From NCBI GenBank assembly GCA_965219445.1, contig CBDCNQ010000005.1:1536001-1600000 (forward strand): a stretch of 64,000 nucleotides of DNA, in the 5' to 3' direction. The DNA comes from Longimicrobiales bacterium (GTDB lineage Bacteria; Gemmatimonadota; Gemmatimonadetes; Longimicrobiales; Gaopeijiaceae). This document shows, piece by piece, positions 1 through 10,708 of the stretch. The position numbers and the translations under genes are program-made. Below the pieces are notes generated by a model. It was not told where the DNA came from. It searched no databases and worked only from the letters and a program-made list of their open reading frames with translations. The first letter of the stretch is position 1; the number at the start of each line of letters is the position of its first letter.

Positions 1-1011
1 TCGTCAACCGAGCCATCCCGCGTCTTCCTTACGGGGGGATCCGGCTTGCTCGGCTCCCACATCGCCGAGCGCCTACGTGGTGAGGGCCATGAGGTACTGG
101 CCCTGCACCGGCCAGAGTCCGACACCAGTTTCCTGAAAGAGCTCGGTTGCACGCTCTCCGAGGGAGATCTCGGGGACGACCCCAGCGAGTTGGCCGATCG
201 GATCGAGGGATGCCGTTGGGCCGTCCACTGTGCCGCACGCGTTTACAGCGGCAAGGACTGGTCTGCGGTTCAGGCCGTCAACGTCGAAGGCACTCGGAAC
301 GCGCTGGAGGCTGCGGCGCGGGCTGGCGTGCGCCACACGGTGCATGTTTCCTCGGTAGCGGTGTATGGTAAGACGTCTGGCCCCATGGACGGGATGGAGC
401 CGCTCGATGGGACCATCCGCTCCGACAACCTCTACGGACGGTCCAAGCGGTTGGCTGAGGAGGTCGCCACCGAAATTCATGAGTCGGGCCGAATGGAAGT
501 GACCATCGTGCGTCCCAGTGCCGTGTACGGCGAGAGGGATCGTCTGTTCGCTCCGAATCTGGCTCGCCTCCTACAGATTCCAGTTGTGCCACTGCTGGGC
601 CGCGGCGACAATACGGTGCCGGTGGTGTACGCTGGAAACGTGGCGGCAGGTGTGGCCTCGGCGCTGGACGGGAGGGGGTCTGGGAGCGCCTTCAATTTGG
701 CCATGGATTATCCTCTGACCCAGCGGGAGCTTCTACAGGGACTCGCCCAGGGGCTCGGCCGGTCCCCGATCTTGGTTTCCTTACCGGCGGCACTCGTACG
801 GGTTGGGGCGCGGTTGGCAGACGGTGCCCGTTTTGTGGTGCCTGGCGTCCACGGGCCGTCTGGAGCGAGGGTAGCGAGACTCGGACTCGGCGATAACCCG
901 TATTCGTCCCAGCGGGCCCGAGATCGGCTCGGTTGGCGACCTCCCGTAACGCACGAGTCCGCCTTAGATAGGACGGGACGGTGGCTACTCGCCGCCTCGA
1001 CAACGAGGTAA
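1..1011 (+). CDS. NAD-dependent epimerase/dehydratase (extended SDR), 5'-partial
   Basis: Frame is open from base 1 (SSTEPSRVFLTGGSGLLGSH, Rossmann GxxGxxG). Also HCAA, VSSVAVYG, YGRSK (YxxxK) and RPSAVYG. Confidence 0.85.
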   Translation, partial: SSTEPSRVFLTGGSGLLGSHIAERLRGEGHEVLALHRPESDTSFLKELGCTLSEGDLGDDPSELADRIEGCRWAVHCAARVYSGKDWSAVQAVNVEGTRNALEAAARAGVRHTVHVSSVAVYGKTSGPMDGMEPLDGTIRSDNLYGRSKRLAEEVATEIHESGRMEVTIVRPSAVYGERDRLFAPNLARLLQIPVVPLLGRGDNTVPVVYAGNVAAGVASALDGRGSGSAFNLAMDYPLTQRELLQGLAQGLGRSPILVSLPAALVRVGARLADGARFVVPGVHGPSGARVARLGLGDNPYSSQRARDRLGWRPPVTHESALDRTGRWLLAASTTR

Positions 1012-1018
1012 CTGAATC

Positions 1019-1786
1019 GTGACCGAAGACAACGAAAAAGATGGACCCAAGGAGGTTGTTCCGCCTCCCCCATACTCGAAGGAGACGGAGGACGAGCGGT
1101 TTCTTCAGTCCACCGTCGCCGAGTTGCAGGAGAGAGGGCTCTTCCGGGGGGGGAAGGAGTCCTGGCGCGTGTTTCGAATCATGGGCGAGTTCGTCGAGGG
1201 GTTCGACGAACTCAGCGATCTCGGCCGGTGCGTGTCGGTGTTCGGTTCGGCGCGCATGACCCAGGCCGACCCCGTATATGAGCGCTGCGTCGAGACGGTG
1301 CGCCTCCTGGGGGAGGCCGGATACGGGATCATCACCGGGGGTGGCCCCGGGATCATGGAGGCGGCGAATCGCGGCGCCCAGGAGGCCGGCAAGCCGTCAG
1401 TAGGGTGCAACATCGAGTTGCCCTTCGAGCAGGGGGTGAACGAGTTTGTCGATATCGGCATCGACTTCCGCTATTTCTTCGTACGGAAGACGATGTTTGT
1501 GAAATATGCGGAGGCTTTCGTCATCTTTCCGGGGGGATTCGGTACACTCGACGAGCTGTTCGAAGCGCTGACGCTGATTCAGACCAGGAAAGTCAGGAAT
1601 TTTCCGGTCGTCATGTTCGACACGAAGTATTGGGCGGGCCTGATGGATTGGATCGGAGGCACGCTGCTTGAGGAGGGTAAGATCTCCAAGGAGGATCTCG
1701 ACCTGATTTTTCTTACCGATTCCCCCGAAGAGGTGGTTGCCCACGTCGTGTCGTGTCAGCCCCAGCCCAGGCGCTATGGGGCTTAA
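1019..1786 (+). CDS. LOG family nucleotide phosphoribohydrolase (TIGR00730-like)
   Basis: VFGSAR, TGGGPGIMEAANRGA, FFVRK and PGGFGTLDE motifs. Confidence 0.9.
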   Translation: MTEDNEKDGPKEVVPPPPYSKETEDERFLQSTVAELQERGLFRGGKESWRVFRIMGEFVEGFDELSDLGRCVSVFGSARMTQADPVYERCVETVRLLGEAGYGIITGGGPGIMEAANRGAQEAGKPSVGCNIELPFEQGVNEFVDIGIDFRYFFVRKTMFVKYAEAFVIFPGGFGTLDELFEALTLIQTRKVRNFPVVMFDTKYWAGLMDWIGGTLLEEGKISKEDLDLIFLTDSPEEVVAHVVSCQPQPRRYGA

Positions 1787-1881
1787 TGGGGTTGTGACCG
1801 CCCCCGATCGGCGCTTTCTTTAGGTACCTCCAGGAAAGCCCAACGGGCCCCTCCTCAGACCATCCCAAAGACAGGTATCAG

Positions 1882-2937
1882 GTGCAGAAGACGCTCATGG
1901 AATCCTCCGGGGGCTATGCTCCCGGCAGTAAGGATACCGGTCTGGTCAAGCCCAAAGGGGGCTCGAGCATTCGAGCCCACGAGGGCTTGCAGACTGTGCC
2001 CATACGCGCCCGAAAACCGGAGTGGCTGAAAGTCCGGTCGCCAGGGGGATCGGAGTATCTTCGGCTCAAGGGCCTCATGAGAAGCCAGTCACTCCACACG
2101 GTGTGTGAGGAGGCGGGTTGTCCCAATATCGGAGAGTGTTGGGAGGCCGGCACAGCCACTTTCATGATCCTCGGAGACGTCTGTACCCGCGCGTGTAAGT
2201 ACTGCGCAGTAGCCCATGGGCTCCCGACCGAGCTAGACCTCGAGGAGCCCATCCGCGTCGCCGATACGGTGCGTGCCATGGAGCTGGAACACGTGGTGAT
2301 CACGAGCGTGAATCGGGATGAACTCTCCGACGGGGGTGCCAGCATCTATGCGGAGACCATCAGCCGCATCCACGATGCCGTGCCCGGTTGTTCGGTCGAG
2401 GTACTCATTCCGGACTTCAAGGGCGACGAAGACGCGCTCCGGGTCGTCATGAAGGCCGATCCAGCGATTCTTGGACACAATCTGGAGACGGTCGAAAGAC
2501 TTCACCCGGATGTGCGCCCGGGCGGCCGTTATTGGCGCTCCATCTCCTTCCTCGGGGCGGCCAAGAGGATCGACGCGTCCGTCCTGACGAAAACGGGCCT
2601 GATTCTCGGGATGGGTGAGGAAGCCACTGAGATCCGCCAAGCTATGAGCGATCTTCGCGAGGCGGCGGTCGACATCCTCACGTTAGGCCAGTATCTACGG
2701 CCGTCGATGCAGCACATTCCCGTCGCGCGCTGGGTGACACCTACCGAGTTCGCGGATTGGAAACGCGTGGGTGAGGAGCACTTCGGATTCAAGCATGTAG
2801 AGGCGGGTCCCCTCGTGCGCTCCAGCTATCACGCTAAGGAACAGGCCAGGGAAGTCGAGGCCGGCGCGCCCGGTGTTGAAGGGGATGCTCGAGGAGCCCA
2901 CGGCGATCCTGGTTTAAACCGGCCCGCTTGCTCCTGA
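1882..2937 (+). CDS. lipA: Lipoyl synthase
   Basis: CEEAGCPNIGEC auxiliary cluster motif, CTRACKYC radical SAM motif, RSSYHA. Exact start uncertain. Confidence 0.95.
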   Translation: MQKTLMESSGGYAPGSKDTGLVKPKGGSSIRAHEGLQTVPIRARKPEWLKVRSPGGSEYLRLKGLMRSQSLHTVCEEAGCPNIGECWEAGTATFMILGDVCTRACKYCAVAHGLPTELDLEEPIRVADTVRAMELEHVVITSVNRDELSDGGASIYAETISRIHDAVPGCSVEVLIPDFKGDEDALRVVMKADPAILGHNLETVERLHPDVRPGGRYWRSISFLGAAKRIDASVLTKTGLILGMGEEATEIRQAMSDLREAAVDILTLGQYLRPSMQHIPVARWVTPTEFADWKRVGEEHFGFKHVEAGPLVRSSYHAKEQAREVEAGAPGVEGDARGAHGDPGLNRPACS

Positions 2938-3131
2938 CGCCCTCTCCTGCTCCTGACTCGCTCCCCTGCGTCCTTGGGGGCCGTCGACTCCCCAATTTCC
3001 GGAGGGCGGTGCGGCAAGCTCCTTGTAACCTTAGGTTGCTTTCCTCCCCTCGAGGCAGGGAGTCGCGCAGGTGGCCGATACCGTATCACGCATCCTGAAC
3101 ATTAAGAAGGAAGAATTGTGAGCAGAGCCAA

Positions 3132-4499
3132 GTGAGCACGGCTATCGGGGCTCTACTCAGGCGGGCGGTCGACGTCCGGGAGGACGAAGTCGCGGCAGTG
3201 GGTTGGTCCTTCGTGTACTTCTTCCTCGTCCTCGCGTCCTACTTCGTTCTGCGTCCCATCCGGGACCAGATGGGGGTAGCGGGCGGGGTGGGGAACCTCG
3301 CCTGGCTCTTTAGCGGCACACTCGTGGGGATGCTTCTGCTGCACCCCGTTTTCACATGGCTGGTGTCTCGGTACCCCCGCCGGACCTTCATCTCCTGGAT
3401 CTACCGGGTCTTCATCCTGATGCTCGTCACGTTCTTCCTGCTCTTCACGGTCGCGGACGCGACGCAGAGCATCTGGGTAGGACGGATATTCTTCATCTGG
3501 GTGAGCGTCTTCAACCTGTTCGTCGTATCGGTCTTCTGGTCCTTCATGACCGATACCTATCATCCTTCGCAGGGGAAGCGCCTCTTCGGGTTCATTGCGG
3601 CCGGTGGGACGATCGGGGCTGTCACGGGCTCGTCAATCACCGCGATCCTCGTGGGGATCTTGGGACCGATCAACCTCCTGCTCGTGTCTGCAGCTCTCCT
3701 CGAGCTCGCGGGACGGTCGGCCCTGGCGTTTGAGCGGCACGAGGGCAAGCTGGCGCGGGTGGTGGCCGAGGCGCCGGAGTTCGAGGCGCCTTCGGCTGTC
3801 CCGGTCGACATCGAAACGGAAGAGAAGCAGGACGAGGTCCTCGGTGGCGGCATCCTGGAGGGCGTGGTTGAAGTTGCCCGGTCGCCCTATCTACTTGGAC
3901 TCGCGGCGCTGATCGCGCTCTTCGCGATCGTCTCGACCTTCCTCTATTTCCACCTGATTGCGATCGTTGCGGATGTCATGGCGGGTGACGACGAGGGTCA
4001 GACGCGGCTCTTCGCGGTAATGGAAGTCGTAGTCCAGTCCCTCACCCTCGTCACGCAGGTGTTCCTTACCGGCCGGATCCTCAAGTGGCTCGGTCTGGGG
4101 TTGGCGCTGGCCTTCCTCCCCGTGGTCAGCATTGTCGGCTTCGGGATCCTCGCGACTGCGCCGATCCTGATAGTCGTGGTTGTCTTCCAGGTCCTGCGCC
4201 GCGCCGGCAATTTCGCGATTCAGCGCCCGGCGCGTGAGGTTCTCTACACCGTGATCCCGCGGACCGACAAGTACAAGGCGAAGAACTTCAATGACACCTT
4301 CGTCTACCGCGCCGCCGATCAAGTAGGGGCATGGTCGTACACCGCCATGGGTTGGGTGGGCCTCGGCCTTTCGGGGCTCGCGCTCACGATGCTCCCGGTT
4401 TCCGCGGTGTGGCTGTTTGTCGCCTTCTGGCTCGGGAAGAAGCACAAGGAGTACGGTGCTGCTACCACGGTTCCGGCTGCGACCGTGCCGGCCCCTTAG
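3132..4499 (+). CDS. MFS transporter, Npt1/TLC (ATP:ADP antiporter-like) family
   Basis: About 12 hydrophobic segments; LRPIRD, FNLFVVSVFWSFM, KRLFG and KYKAKNF.DT.VYR motifs. Confidence 0.8.
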   Translation: MSTAIGALLRRAVDVREDEVAAVGWSFVYFFLVLASYFVLRPIRDQMGVAGGVGNLAWLFSGTLVGMLLLHPVFTWLVSRYPRRTFISWIYRVFILMLVTFFLLFTVADATQSIWVGRIFFIWVSVFNLFVVSVFWSFMTDTYHPSQGKRLFGFIAAGGTIGAVTGSSITAILVGILGPINLLLVSAALLELAGRSALAFERHEGKLARVVAEAPEFEAPSAVPVDIETEEKQDEVLGGGILEGVVEVARSPYLLGLAALIALFAIVSTFLYFHLIAIVADVMAGDDEGQTRLFAVMEVVVQSLTLVTQVFLTGRILKWLGLGLALAFLPVVSIVGFGILATAPILIVVVVFQVLRRAGNFAIQRPAREVLYTVIPRTDKYKAKNFNDTFVYRAADQVGAWSYTAMGWVGLGLSGLALTMLPVSAVWLFVAFWLGKKHKEYGAATTVPAATVPAP

Positions 4500-6280
4500 A
4501 ACCCGCCCCCCCCACCACCCCCGAAGCCGCCTCCGCTGAACCCCCCTCCCCCGCTGAAGCCTGAGCCTCCGCTGCTTCGCGGCTGCGAACTCATCGCACT
4601 GCCGACGCGGTGGGACATGCCCGCCAGGTCCGTTACGAAGATCGTCGGTCTGAATCGCCGCCCCCGCGGACCGGAGTACCAGTCTGGACGCTTCTTGTAC
4701 ATGTCCTCGAATGCTCGGGCCCACTTCGTCTCCACCTGGAGCGCCATGGCGTGCGGAAGGTACCGCTCGAACATCTCGGGGGAATCGATCATGCGCTTGA
4801 AGTGGTCCGCTTCAACCCGGTCCAGAAACTCTTGAAAACCGAGGACGTGCTCCAATTGGCGGGCGCCCTTTACGGTCCGGACCGGCATGACCATTCCGAA
4901 TCCGATGATGGGAATGGCCGTGAGGACGGCCACCACGATTACCGCGCCTAGCGGAAAGTAGAAAAGCTCGAAGCTCTCTCCAACGAACACCAAGCCCAGC
5001 AGCAGGAACGTGGTCGTCGCGATACCACCGCCCATGTAGGCACTCCGGACCTGGTCCGGGCGATGGTGGTAGAATCCGAGCTTAACAAGTCGGTTGAATA
5101 TGCCTTCCTTGATGTCCCCCATGTGCTTGTAGAACTCGTGCTCCAGATCGTCGAGGTCCACGACCTTGCGGAGCCCTCCCTCGAATAGCCCGCTCATGAG
5201 CTCCCGCTCATGGGGTGTCAGTTCCGACCACTCCTCCGAATCCTTGAGCAGTTCGAACGAATAGGTGTTTCCCTTGAGCCAGGCGACAATGCCCTTTTGC
5301 TCTCTTTCCGCAATCTTTAGATAGCCTCGGACGGCGAGGTCTACGATGGACGCCGTGATGTCGCACATATCGGGGCTGTTGTCGATCAGCGTGCCGATTT
5401 CGGCAGGTGTCATCCCATCGGGCGGCTCGTATTGAGGGGTAACGGCCAGGCGCGAGGGATCCCGTCCCCGAGCGTTCCAAAGACTGTACATGAGGATCAG
5501 GGTCACGATGGGTATGAGGAAGATCCAGTTGGCCCGCAGAAAGCGCACGGTTGAGGCATAAGACGCGGGGCGAGCGATTACACCGGGGGCCCACGCCAGG
5601 GAAACGGTCATGCCTTCGCGCGGGGCGAGGAAGTCCGTCATCACGAAATAGAATCCTGATTCTATTTCTGTAGCAGTGGCATTAGTGGTGGTGCTCGAGC
5701 CGATCGGACCCGTGTAGACCCGAGCCGCGAGGCCCGTCACTTCAGGAGGCACCTGAACGATGGCGGTGGCAGCCTGAATCGGGATCTCCCATTCATCGCC
5801 CGTGACGTTCCAATAGAGCTCGTCGTGGCCGGCCTCGAAGTCACTGTCTTCCGCATCGATAAAGCGAAGGGCATTCTCGACCGAGTATTCGATATGCACC
5901 GTTCGAGCCTCGTCGCTAGCGCCGGGTACCCAAATCTTGACCCTCCTGTACTGTCCTTCCCGGCTCTCCTCATATTCGAGGGGCTGTCCACCCTGGTCCG
6001 AGACCGAGTTCACGTCCAGATCCAGGTTGAAATTGAATCGCTGGGGAGTCTCGTAGCGAACGGGAATATCACGGAAGACCCCGTTCCAGGATCCGGTGAA
6101 GCGGAATCGGATGGCCTCTCTCACCTGAATTCGGCCACTGGGCATCACATTGATCTCAGCGTCGAACTGTTCGATCACGAGCGACCTGGCTTGGCCTGCG
6201 ACCGGTGAGGCAGTAAAGGGATTACCGAGAAGGAATAGCGCGAACACCAGACTAAGGGGGCTGAGGCATCGTCCCATCAT
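4496..6280 (-). CDS. DUF2207 membrane protein
   Basis: Signal peptide, ELYWNVTG.EW, IVDLAVRGYL, FERYLPHAMAL, Gly/Ser-rich tail; adjacent to lemA as usual. Confidence 0.85.
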   Translation of the reverse strand: MMGRCLSPLSLVFALFLLGNPFTASPVAGQARSLVIEQFDAEINVMPSGRIQVREAIRFRFTGSWNGVFRDIPVRYETPQRFNFNLDLDVNSVSDQGGQPLEYEESREGQYRRVKIWVPGASDEARTVHIEYSVENALRFIDAEDSDFEAGHDELYWNVTGDEWEIPIQAATAIVQVPPEVTGLAARVYTGPIGSSTTTNATATEIESGFYFVMTDFLAPREGMTVSLAWAPGVIARPASYASTVRFLRANWIFLIPIVTLILMYSLWNARGRDPSRLAVTPQYEPPDGMTPAEIGTLIDNSPDMCDITASIVDLAVRGYLKIAEREQKGIVAWLKGNTYSFELLKDSEEWSELTPHERELMSGLFEGGLRKVVDLDDLEHEFYKHMGDIKEGIFNRLVKLGFYHHRPDQVRSAYMGGGIATTTFLLLGLVFVGESFELFYFPLGAVIVVAVLTAIPIIGFGMVMPVRTVKGARQLEHVLGFQEFLDRVEADHFKRMIDSPEMFERYLPHAMALQVETKWARAFEDMYKKRPDWYSGPRGRRFRPTIFVTDLAGMSHRVGSAMSSQPRSSGGSGFSGGGGFSGGGFGGGGGGGF

Positions 6281-6320
6281 CGTCCGGAGACCTCCCGTAG
6301 GGGTCGTCAGCTGAGAAGGG

Positions 6321-6878
6321 TCAGCTGGCCGTACCGTCAGTGAAGCTCACTTTGGGCACTGCCTTTTCGCCGTCTGGTACCTCGAAGAACTCCCGCTCAC
6401 GAAAGTTGAAACTACTCGCGATGAGGTTCGAAGGTACCTGATGAATCTTGGTGTTGAAATCTCGCACGACCGCGTTGTAATACCGCCGCGCGTTCTGAAT
6501 CGAGTCCTCCAATTTGCTGAGCGTGCCCTGGAGATCCCGAAAGCCGTCGGCCGCTTTGAGATCCGGGTAAGCTTCGGCGAGGGCGAACAGCGATTTGAGG
6601 GCTCCGGTTAGCATTCCTTCGGCCTGTCCCTTTTGTGCTGGGCTCTGGGCTGACATTGCCGAAGATCGTGCCGCGACGACGGCCTCGAGGGTCTTCTGCT
6701 CATGAGCCGCATATCCCTTTACGGTCTCGACCACGTTGGGGATCAGATCGTAGCGACGCTTGAGCTGGACATCGATATCCGCCCATGCCGCATCCGCCTG
6801 CTCTCTGAGTTTTACAAGCCCATTATATAGACCAATTCCACCTATAAAGACCACGCCGACGGCGAGTAATGCCCACAT
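6321..6878 (-). CDS. lemA: LemA family protein
   Basis: YNGLV, WADIDVQLKRRYDLIPN, AEAYPDLKA, RRYYN. Start moved to the ATG at 6878, which has GGAGG upstream. Confidence 0.9.
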   Translation of the reverse strand: MWALLAVGVVFIGGIGLYNGLVKLREQADAAWADIDVQLKRRYDLIPNVVETVKGYAAHEQKTLEAVVAARSSAMSAQSPAQKGQAEGMLTGALKSLFALAEAYPDLKAADGFRDLQGTLSKLEDSIQNARRYYNAVVRDFNTKIHQVPSNLIASSFNFREREFFEVPDGEKAVPKVSFTDGTAS

Positions 6879-7182
6879 GTGAACCTCCGACCGAGTCGGA
6901 AAACGTGATGGGACTCCTACAGTGCACAATACGCACAAGCCCCTTGCGAAGTAAATAAATTTCGCTTCGCCCATCGGGGCCTGTACCCTGTGTACACAAG
7001 GGCTTTGGGTACTTCGCCACCATCTCCTCGGGCCCTCTCAAGAGGGTTTACCAGCGTTGGTGCCCCATCTAACTTTGCCGAGCCATCCCCCGGGAGCCGA
7101 GCGCAGCTCTCCGGGGGTGGGACATCTCATTCTCCGCCCGCCCATTCCTTGGCGATCGGACGACTTTTCGAAAGGGTAAGGC

Positions 7183-8586
7183 GTGCCAGAAAACAACTTC
7201 GACGTACTTATCATAGGCGGAGGACCAGGAGGCTACGTCGCGGCCATCCGTGGAGCACAGCTCGGATTGAAGGTCGCTTGTGTCGAAGCCGACAAGCTCG
7301 GGGGTGTTTGTCTCAACATTGGGTGCATTCCCACCAAGGCGCTTCTGACCAGCGCCGCCCTGGTGAATGACGTCAAGACTGCCGGGGCGCACGGCGTCAC
7401 TTTTACCGGGGCGAACGTCGATCTCGCGCCGGCCCAGAGGCGCAGCAGAGCGATTTCGGAACAGCTGGCAAACGGCGTTGGCCATCTATTCAAGAAGAAC
7501 AACGTCACACACATCGAGGGACGTGGCCGCCTCTTGGGCGGGGGCGATGTTGAGGTCGAGGCTTTGGACGGCGGTCGGCAGGCATACACGGCCGGGCACG
7601 TCATTCTGGCCACCGGATCCCGGCCGCGAGACATCGCAGTCCTACCCATCGATGAGGACCGCATCTGGTCCTCCACCGGGGCTCTTTTTCGAATCGAGGC
7701 ACCAGAGACGCTGGCGATCGTGGGGGCTGGTGCGGTTGGGATGGAGTTCGCTGATATCTATAACGCCTATGGCAGCAAAGTGACGGTGATTGAAGCGCTC
7801 GACCGTATCCTACCGCTCGAAGACGCCGATTCGTCAGCCGCGATTGAGCGGAGCTTAAAGAAGCGCGACGTCGATTTCCACACGGGAGCAGCAGTGGAGG
7901 GCGCGAAGGTCGCCAAGCGCTCCGTCACGCTCGAGTTCAAGGACAAGGCGGGCGAGCTGCAGACCCTGAAGGTCCAGCACGTCTTGTCAGCCGTTGGACG
8001 CGTACCGAACACGGACGACCTGGGCCTGGATGCCGGCGGGGTCGCACTCGATGATCACGGATTCTTCGTCGTGGACGAGTTCATGCGCACCAGCGCCGCG
8101 GGTGTCTACGCCGTCGGTGACTGCGCGGGCAACCAGTTGCTAGCCCACAAGGCCATGCACGAGGGGGTCGTCTGCGTCGAGGCGATCACCGGCCAGGCAC
8201 ATGGCTCCGTCGACTATGAGAACGTTCCGAACTGCACTTACTGCCATCCCGAGGTCGCGTCGGTCGGACTTACGGAGGAGCAGGCCAAGGAACAGGGACT
8301 CGAGATCGACATCGGGAAGTTTCCGTGGGTGGGCAACGGTCGCGCGCTGGCCAGCGGCCACTCGGAAGGCTTCGTAAAGGTCATCCGTGGCTCCCAGTAC
8401 TCCGAGATCCTCGGAGCCCACATCGTAGGCCCCCATGCCACCGAGTTGATCGGAGAGTTCGTGGTGGGGCGCCACCTGGAAGCCACCGTCGAGGAGATGG
8501 ACCGTGCCATGCACCCGCATCCCACCCTGTCGGAGGCCATCGCCGAGGGTGCTTTATCGACCCTGGGACGGGCGATCCACATCTAG
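7183..8586 (+). CDS. lpdA: Dihydrolipoyl dehydrogenase
   Basis: GGGPGGY, GGVCLNIGCIPTK redox disulfide, HPHPTLSE. Confidence 0.95.
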   Translation: MPENNFDVLIIGGGPGGYVAAIRGAQLGLKVACVEADKLGGVCLNIGCIPTKALLTSAALVNDVKTAGAHGVTFTGANVDLAPAQRRSRAISEQLANGVGHLFKKNNVTHIEGRGRLLGGGDVEVEALDGGRQAYTAGHVILATGSRPRDIAVLPIDEDRIWSSTGALFRIEAPETLAIVGAGAVGMEFADIYNAYGSKVTVIEALDRILPLEDADSSAAIERSLKKRDVDFHTGAAVEGAKVAKRSVTLEFKDKAGELQTLKVQHVLSAVGRVPNTDDLGLDAGGVALDDHGFFVVDEFMRTSAAGVYAVGDCAGNQLLAHKAMHEGVVCVEAITGQAHGSVDYENVPNCTYCHPEVASVGLTEEQAKEQGLEIDIGKFPWVGNGRALASGHSEGFVKVIRGSQYSEILGAHIVGPHATELIGEFVVGRHLEATVEEMDRAMHPHPTLSEAIAEGALSTLGRAIHI

Positions 8587-8618
8587 CGGCGCATGACGAT
8601 CGGAGCCGGATCGAGTCC

Positions 8619-9545
8619 CTACGGGTCCGCCACGACCCCAGGAGGTGGTGTCACTGCGAACCAGGCCACCGCGTCGACGATACCGCGTGCTGCACGCTCC
8701 GGGTTGTTCACGATCACCTGGCGATCCCTCGAGCTCGTGAGGAACCCCGTCTCGAGGATCACCGCTATCGTCATGGGGTGGAGCGCGTGCTCGTACCGAC
8801 GAAAGTTGAACGCATAGTAGTTTCGCATGCGGCGTGTGACAGTCCCCAGCCGTTTGAGGCCTGTAGCGTCCCCGTAGCTTTGGTCAAGCAGCGCTGCGAT
8901 TTGGGACGCCCGGCCAGTGGCATCTCGCCGTGGGGCGGCGACCCGATACCCTGATGCGTTGGGGTCGTTACTCCCGTCCGCATGGATGGAGATGAAGAGA
9001 TGTGCCCGGTAGCTCGGAGGAACGACTGCGGGAAGGATGTCCACTTCATAACCCATCCCCTTGAGCATCGCACCTGCCTGTTGAGCGATCGCGAGGTTCA
9101 TCTCCCACTCGGCCGTCCCCTTCCACTTCGTGCCATTGTTCCTCAGGCCGCGGAGCTCCTGGGGCGCCTCGTCCGCTTTCCAGTGGCCTGCCTGTAGCCC
9201 GATCCGCACTGGTCCTTCGGGTGGCGCCCAGTCGGCGGGCGTGGGGATAGGCCCCGGATAGCGGTTACGTCTCCGACGACGGAAGCTTCTTCTGCGTGGG
9301 GAAGGAGGAGCGATCGTCTCCGGCGTGCCTTCCGAGGGTTTGTCTGCTTCGGCGGCCCCCGTCCCTACCGGCTCGTCAACCCAGATCGGTTCCGGTGCAG
9401 GTGGGGGCAGAGGCTCCGAGACCAGACCTGAGGCGAAAGGATCCGGAGGGGCGACGACAGGTGGAGCTTCAATCCCGGCATGCATACGGAACGCTGCGAG
9501 CGCCGCCACCAAGACGCCCACGTAGGCAAGCCCGAGCAATCTCAC
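8619..9545 (-). CDS. N-acetylmuramoyl-L-alanine amidase (Amidase_3), membrane-anchored
   Basis: LQAGH, E..MNL, FISIHAD and ILETGFLT zinc/catalytic motifs after a TM segment and Pro-rich linker. Confidence 0.8.
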   Translation of the reverse strand: MRLLGLAYVGVLVAALAAFRMHAGIEAPPVVAPPDPFASGLVSEPLPPPAPEPIWVDEPVGTGAAEADKPSEGTPETIAPPSPRRRSFRRRRRNRYPGPIPTPADWAPPEGPVRIGLQAGHWKADEAPQELRGLRNNGTKWKGTAEWEMNLAIAQQAGAMLKGMGYEVDILPAVVPPSYRAHLFISIHADGSNDPNASGYRVAAPRRDATGRASQIAALLDQSYGDATGLKRLGTVTRRMRNYYAFNFRRYEHALHPMTIAVILETGFLTSSRDRQVIVNNPERAARGIVDAVAWFAVTPPPGVVADP

Positions 9546-9685
9546 ATGTCCCTCCCTATGAAATGGTTGCCGGGGAAGTGTTCAGGTGGTGGACGGCCTC
9601 CCCGCCGGACGAACTATGCTAGTCGTAAGGGGGTAGCGATGCAACGGATTTCTGTCGACGCCTGATGGAGGGAGGGTGGAGCTTG

Positions 9686-10090
9686 ATGTCGGCTGAGTTT
9701 CCAGTTGATGGTGTCGAGCTCACTCTTCTCTTGGTTGTAGAGGACATCGCACGCTCCCTCGTGTTTTACACCGATGTCGTCGGGGCCAAGCTCTTTCGGG
9801 AATATGGGGGCACGTCTGCGGTTCTGGAGTTTCAGGGCAGCTGGCTCCTGCTCGTCACTGGGGGCGGTCCAACCGACGACAAGCCGACGGTGACGTTCGC
9901 CCCGCCCGCAGACCCGGACCGGGTGAGTTTTCAGCTGACTATGCGAGTCCCCGACTGCCACGCCGCCTACGTCGTCCTGAAGTCACGCGGCGCCGAGTTC
10001 TTGACACCCCCTGTGGACCGGGGCGGTGAGATCCGTTGCTTCTTTCGAGATCCCGACGGGCACCTGTTGGAGATCAGCGAGGTGACGTGA
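9686..10090 (+). CDS. VOC/glyoxalase family protein
   Basis: VEDIARSLVFYTDVVG and FFRDPDGHLLEI. Confidence 0.85.
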   Translation: MSAEFPVDGVELTLLLVVEDIARSLVFYTDVVGAKLFREYGGTSAVLEFQGSWLLLVTGGGPTDDKPTVTFAPPADPDRVSFQLTMRVPDCHAAYVVLKSRGAEFLTPPVDRGGEIRCFFRDPDGHLLEISEVT

Positions 10091-10596
10091 TGGGATTTCG
10101 GGCCACCCTGGGGTCGAAGCGCCTGCGTCGTCTCGATGTGCAGGGATTCGACACGGTGGACGAGGACCTCCTCGCCCGAGTTGCACCGTGGTTGCGTATG
10201 GCATTTGGATTTTGCGCGACCCTGGCGATCGTTGGCACCGCGCTTGCTTCGACGCCACTTCTGTTGACCCTTGCCGGGATCGCGTTTGTTGCTGCGTTGT
10301 CCCCGGTCCATCCGTTCGACCTGATCTATAATTACGGCGTCCGTTACGCGACGGGAACGCCACATCTTCCGAAACGGGGCCCGCCAAGTCGATTCGCATG
10401 CGGGCTTGGCGCTCTCTGGCTGATCGTCACGGTTGGGGCATTCGACGCTTCGTTGACGATGGTCGGCTATGTTCTCGGTTTCACACTGGCTTCGGTAGCC
10501 GTTCTGGTAAGCACCCTGGACATCTGTATTCCGTCCATGATCTTCCGGGCCATATTCGGCGCTCCCCTGGCCCGGACAGAGAGCGAGGACGAGTAA
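10090..10596 (+). CDS. DUF4395-like membrane protein
   Basis: HPFD, PPSRFAC and LDICIP motifs with TM segments; ATG overlaps the upstream TGA. Confidence 0.7.
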   Translation: MGFRATLGSKRLRRLDVQGFDTVDEDLLARVAPWLRMAFGFCATLAIVGTALASTPLLLTLAGIAFVAALSPVHPFDLIYNYGVRYATGTPHLPKRGPPSRFACGLGALWLIVTVGAFDASLTMVGYVLGFTLASVAVLVSTLDICIPSMIFRAIFGAPLARTESEDE

Positions 10597-10708
10597 GACA
10601 GTGAGGTCGCGGGGCCTCCTGTCAATCGCCGGGATCTAGATCGTCTGTATCGATGGTGAGCCCTGAGGCCATGATTTGCGGCGGCCGACGTGATTCGACT
10701 AGGCGGAG

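Noticed and set aside
4496..4575. Low-complexity C-rich repeat
   Set aside because: It encodes the normal Gly/Ser tail of DUF2207 proteins.
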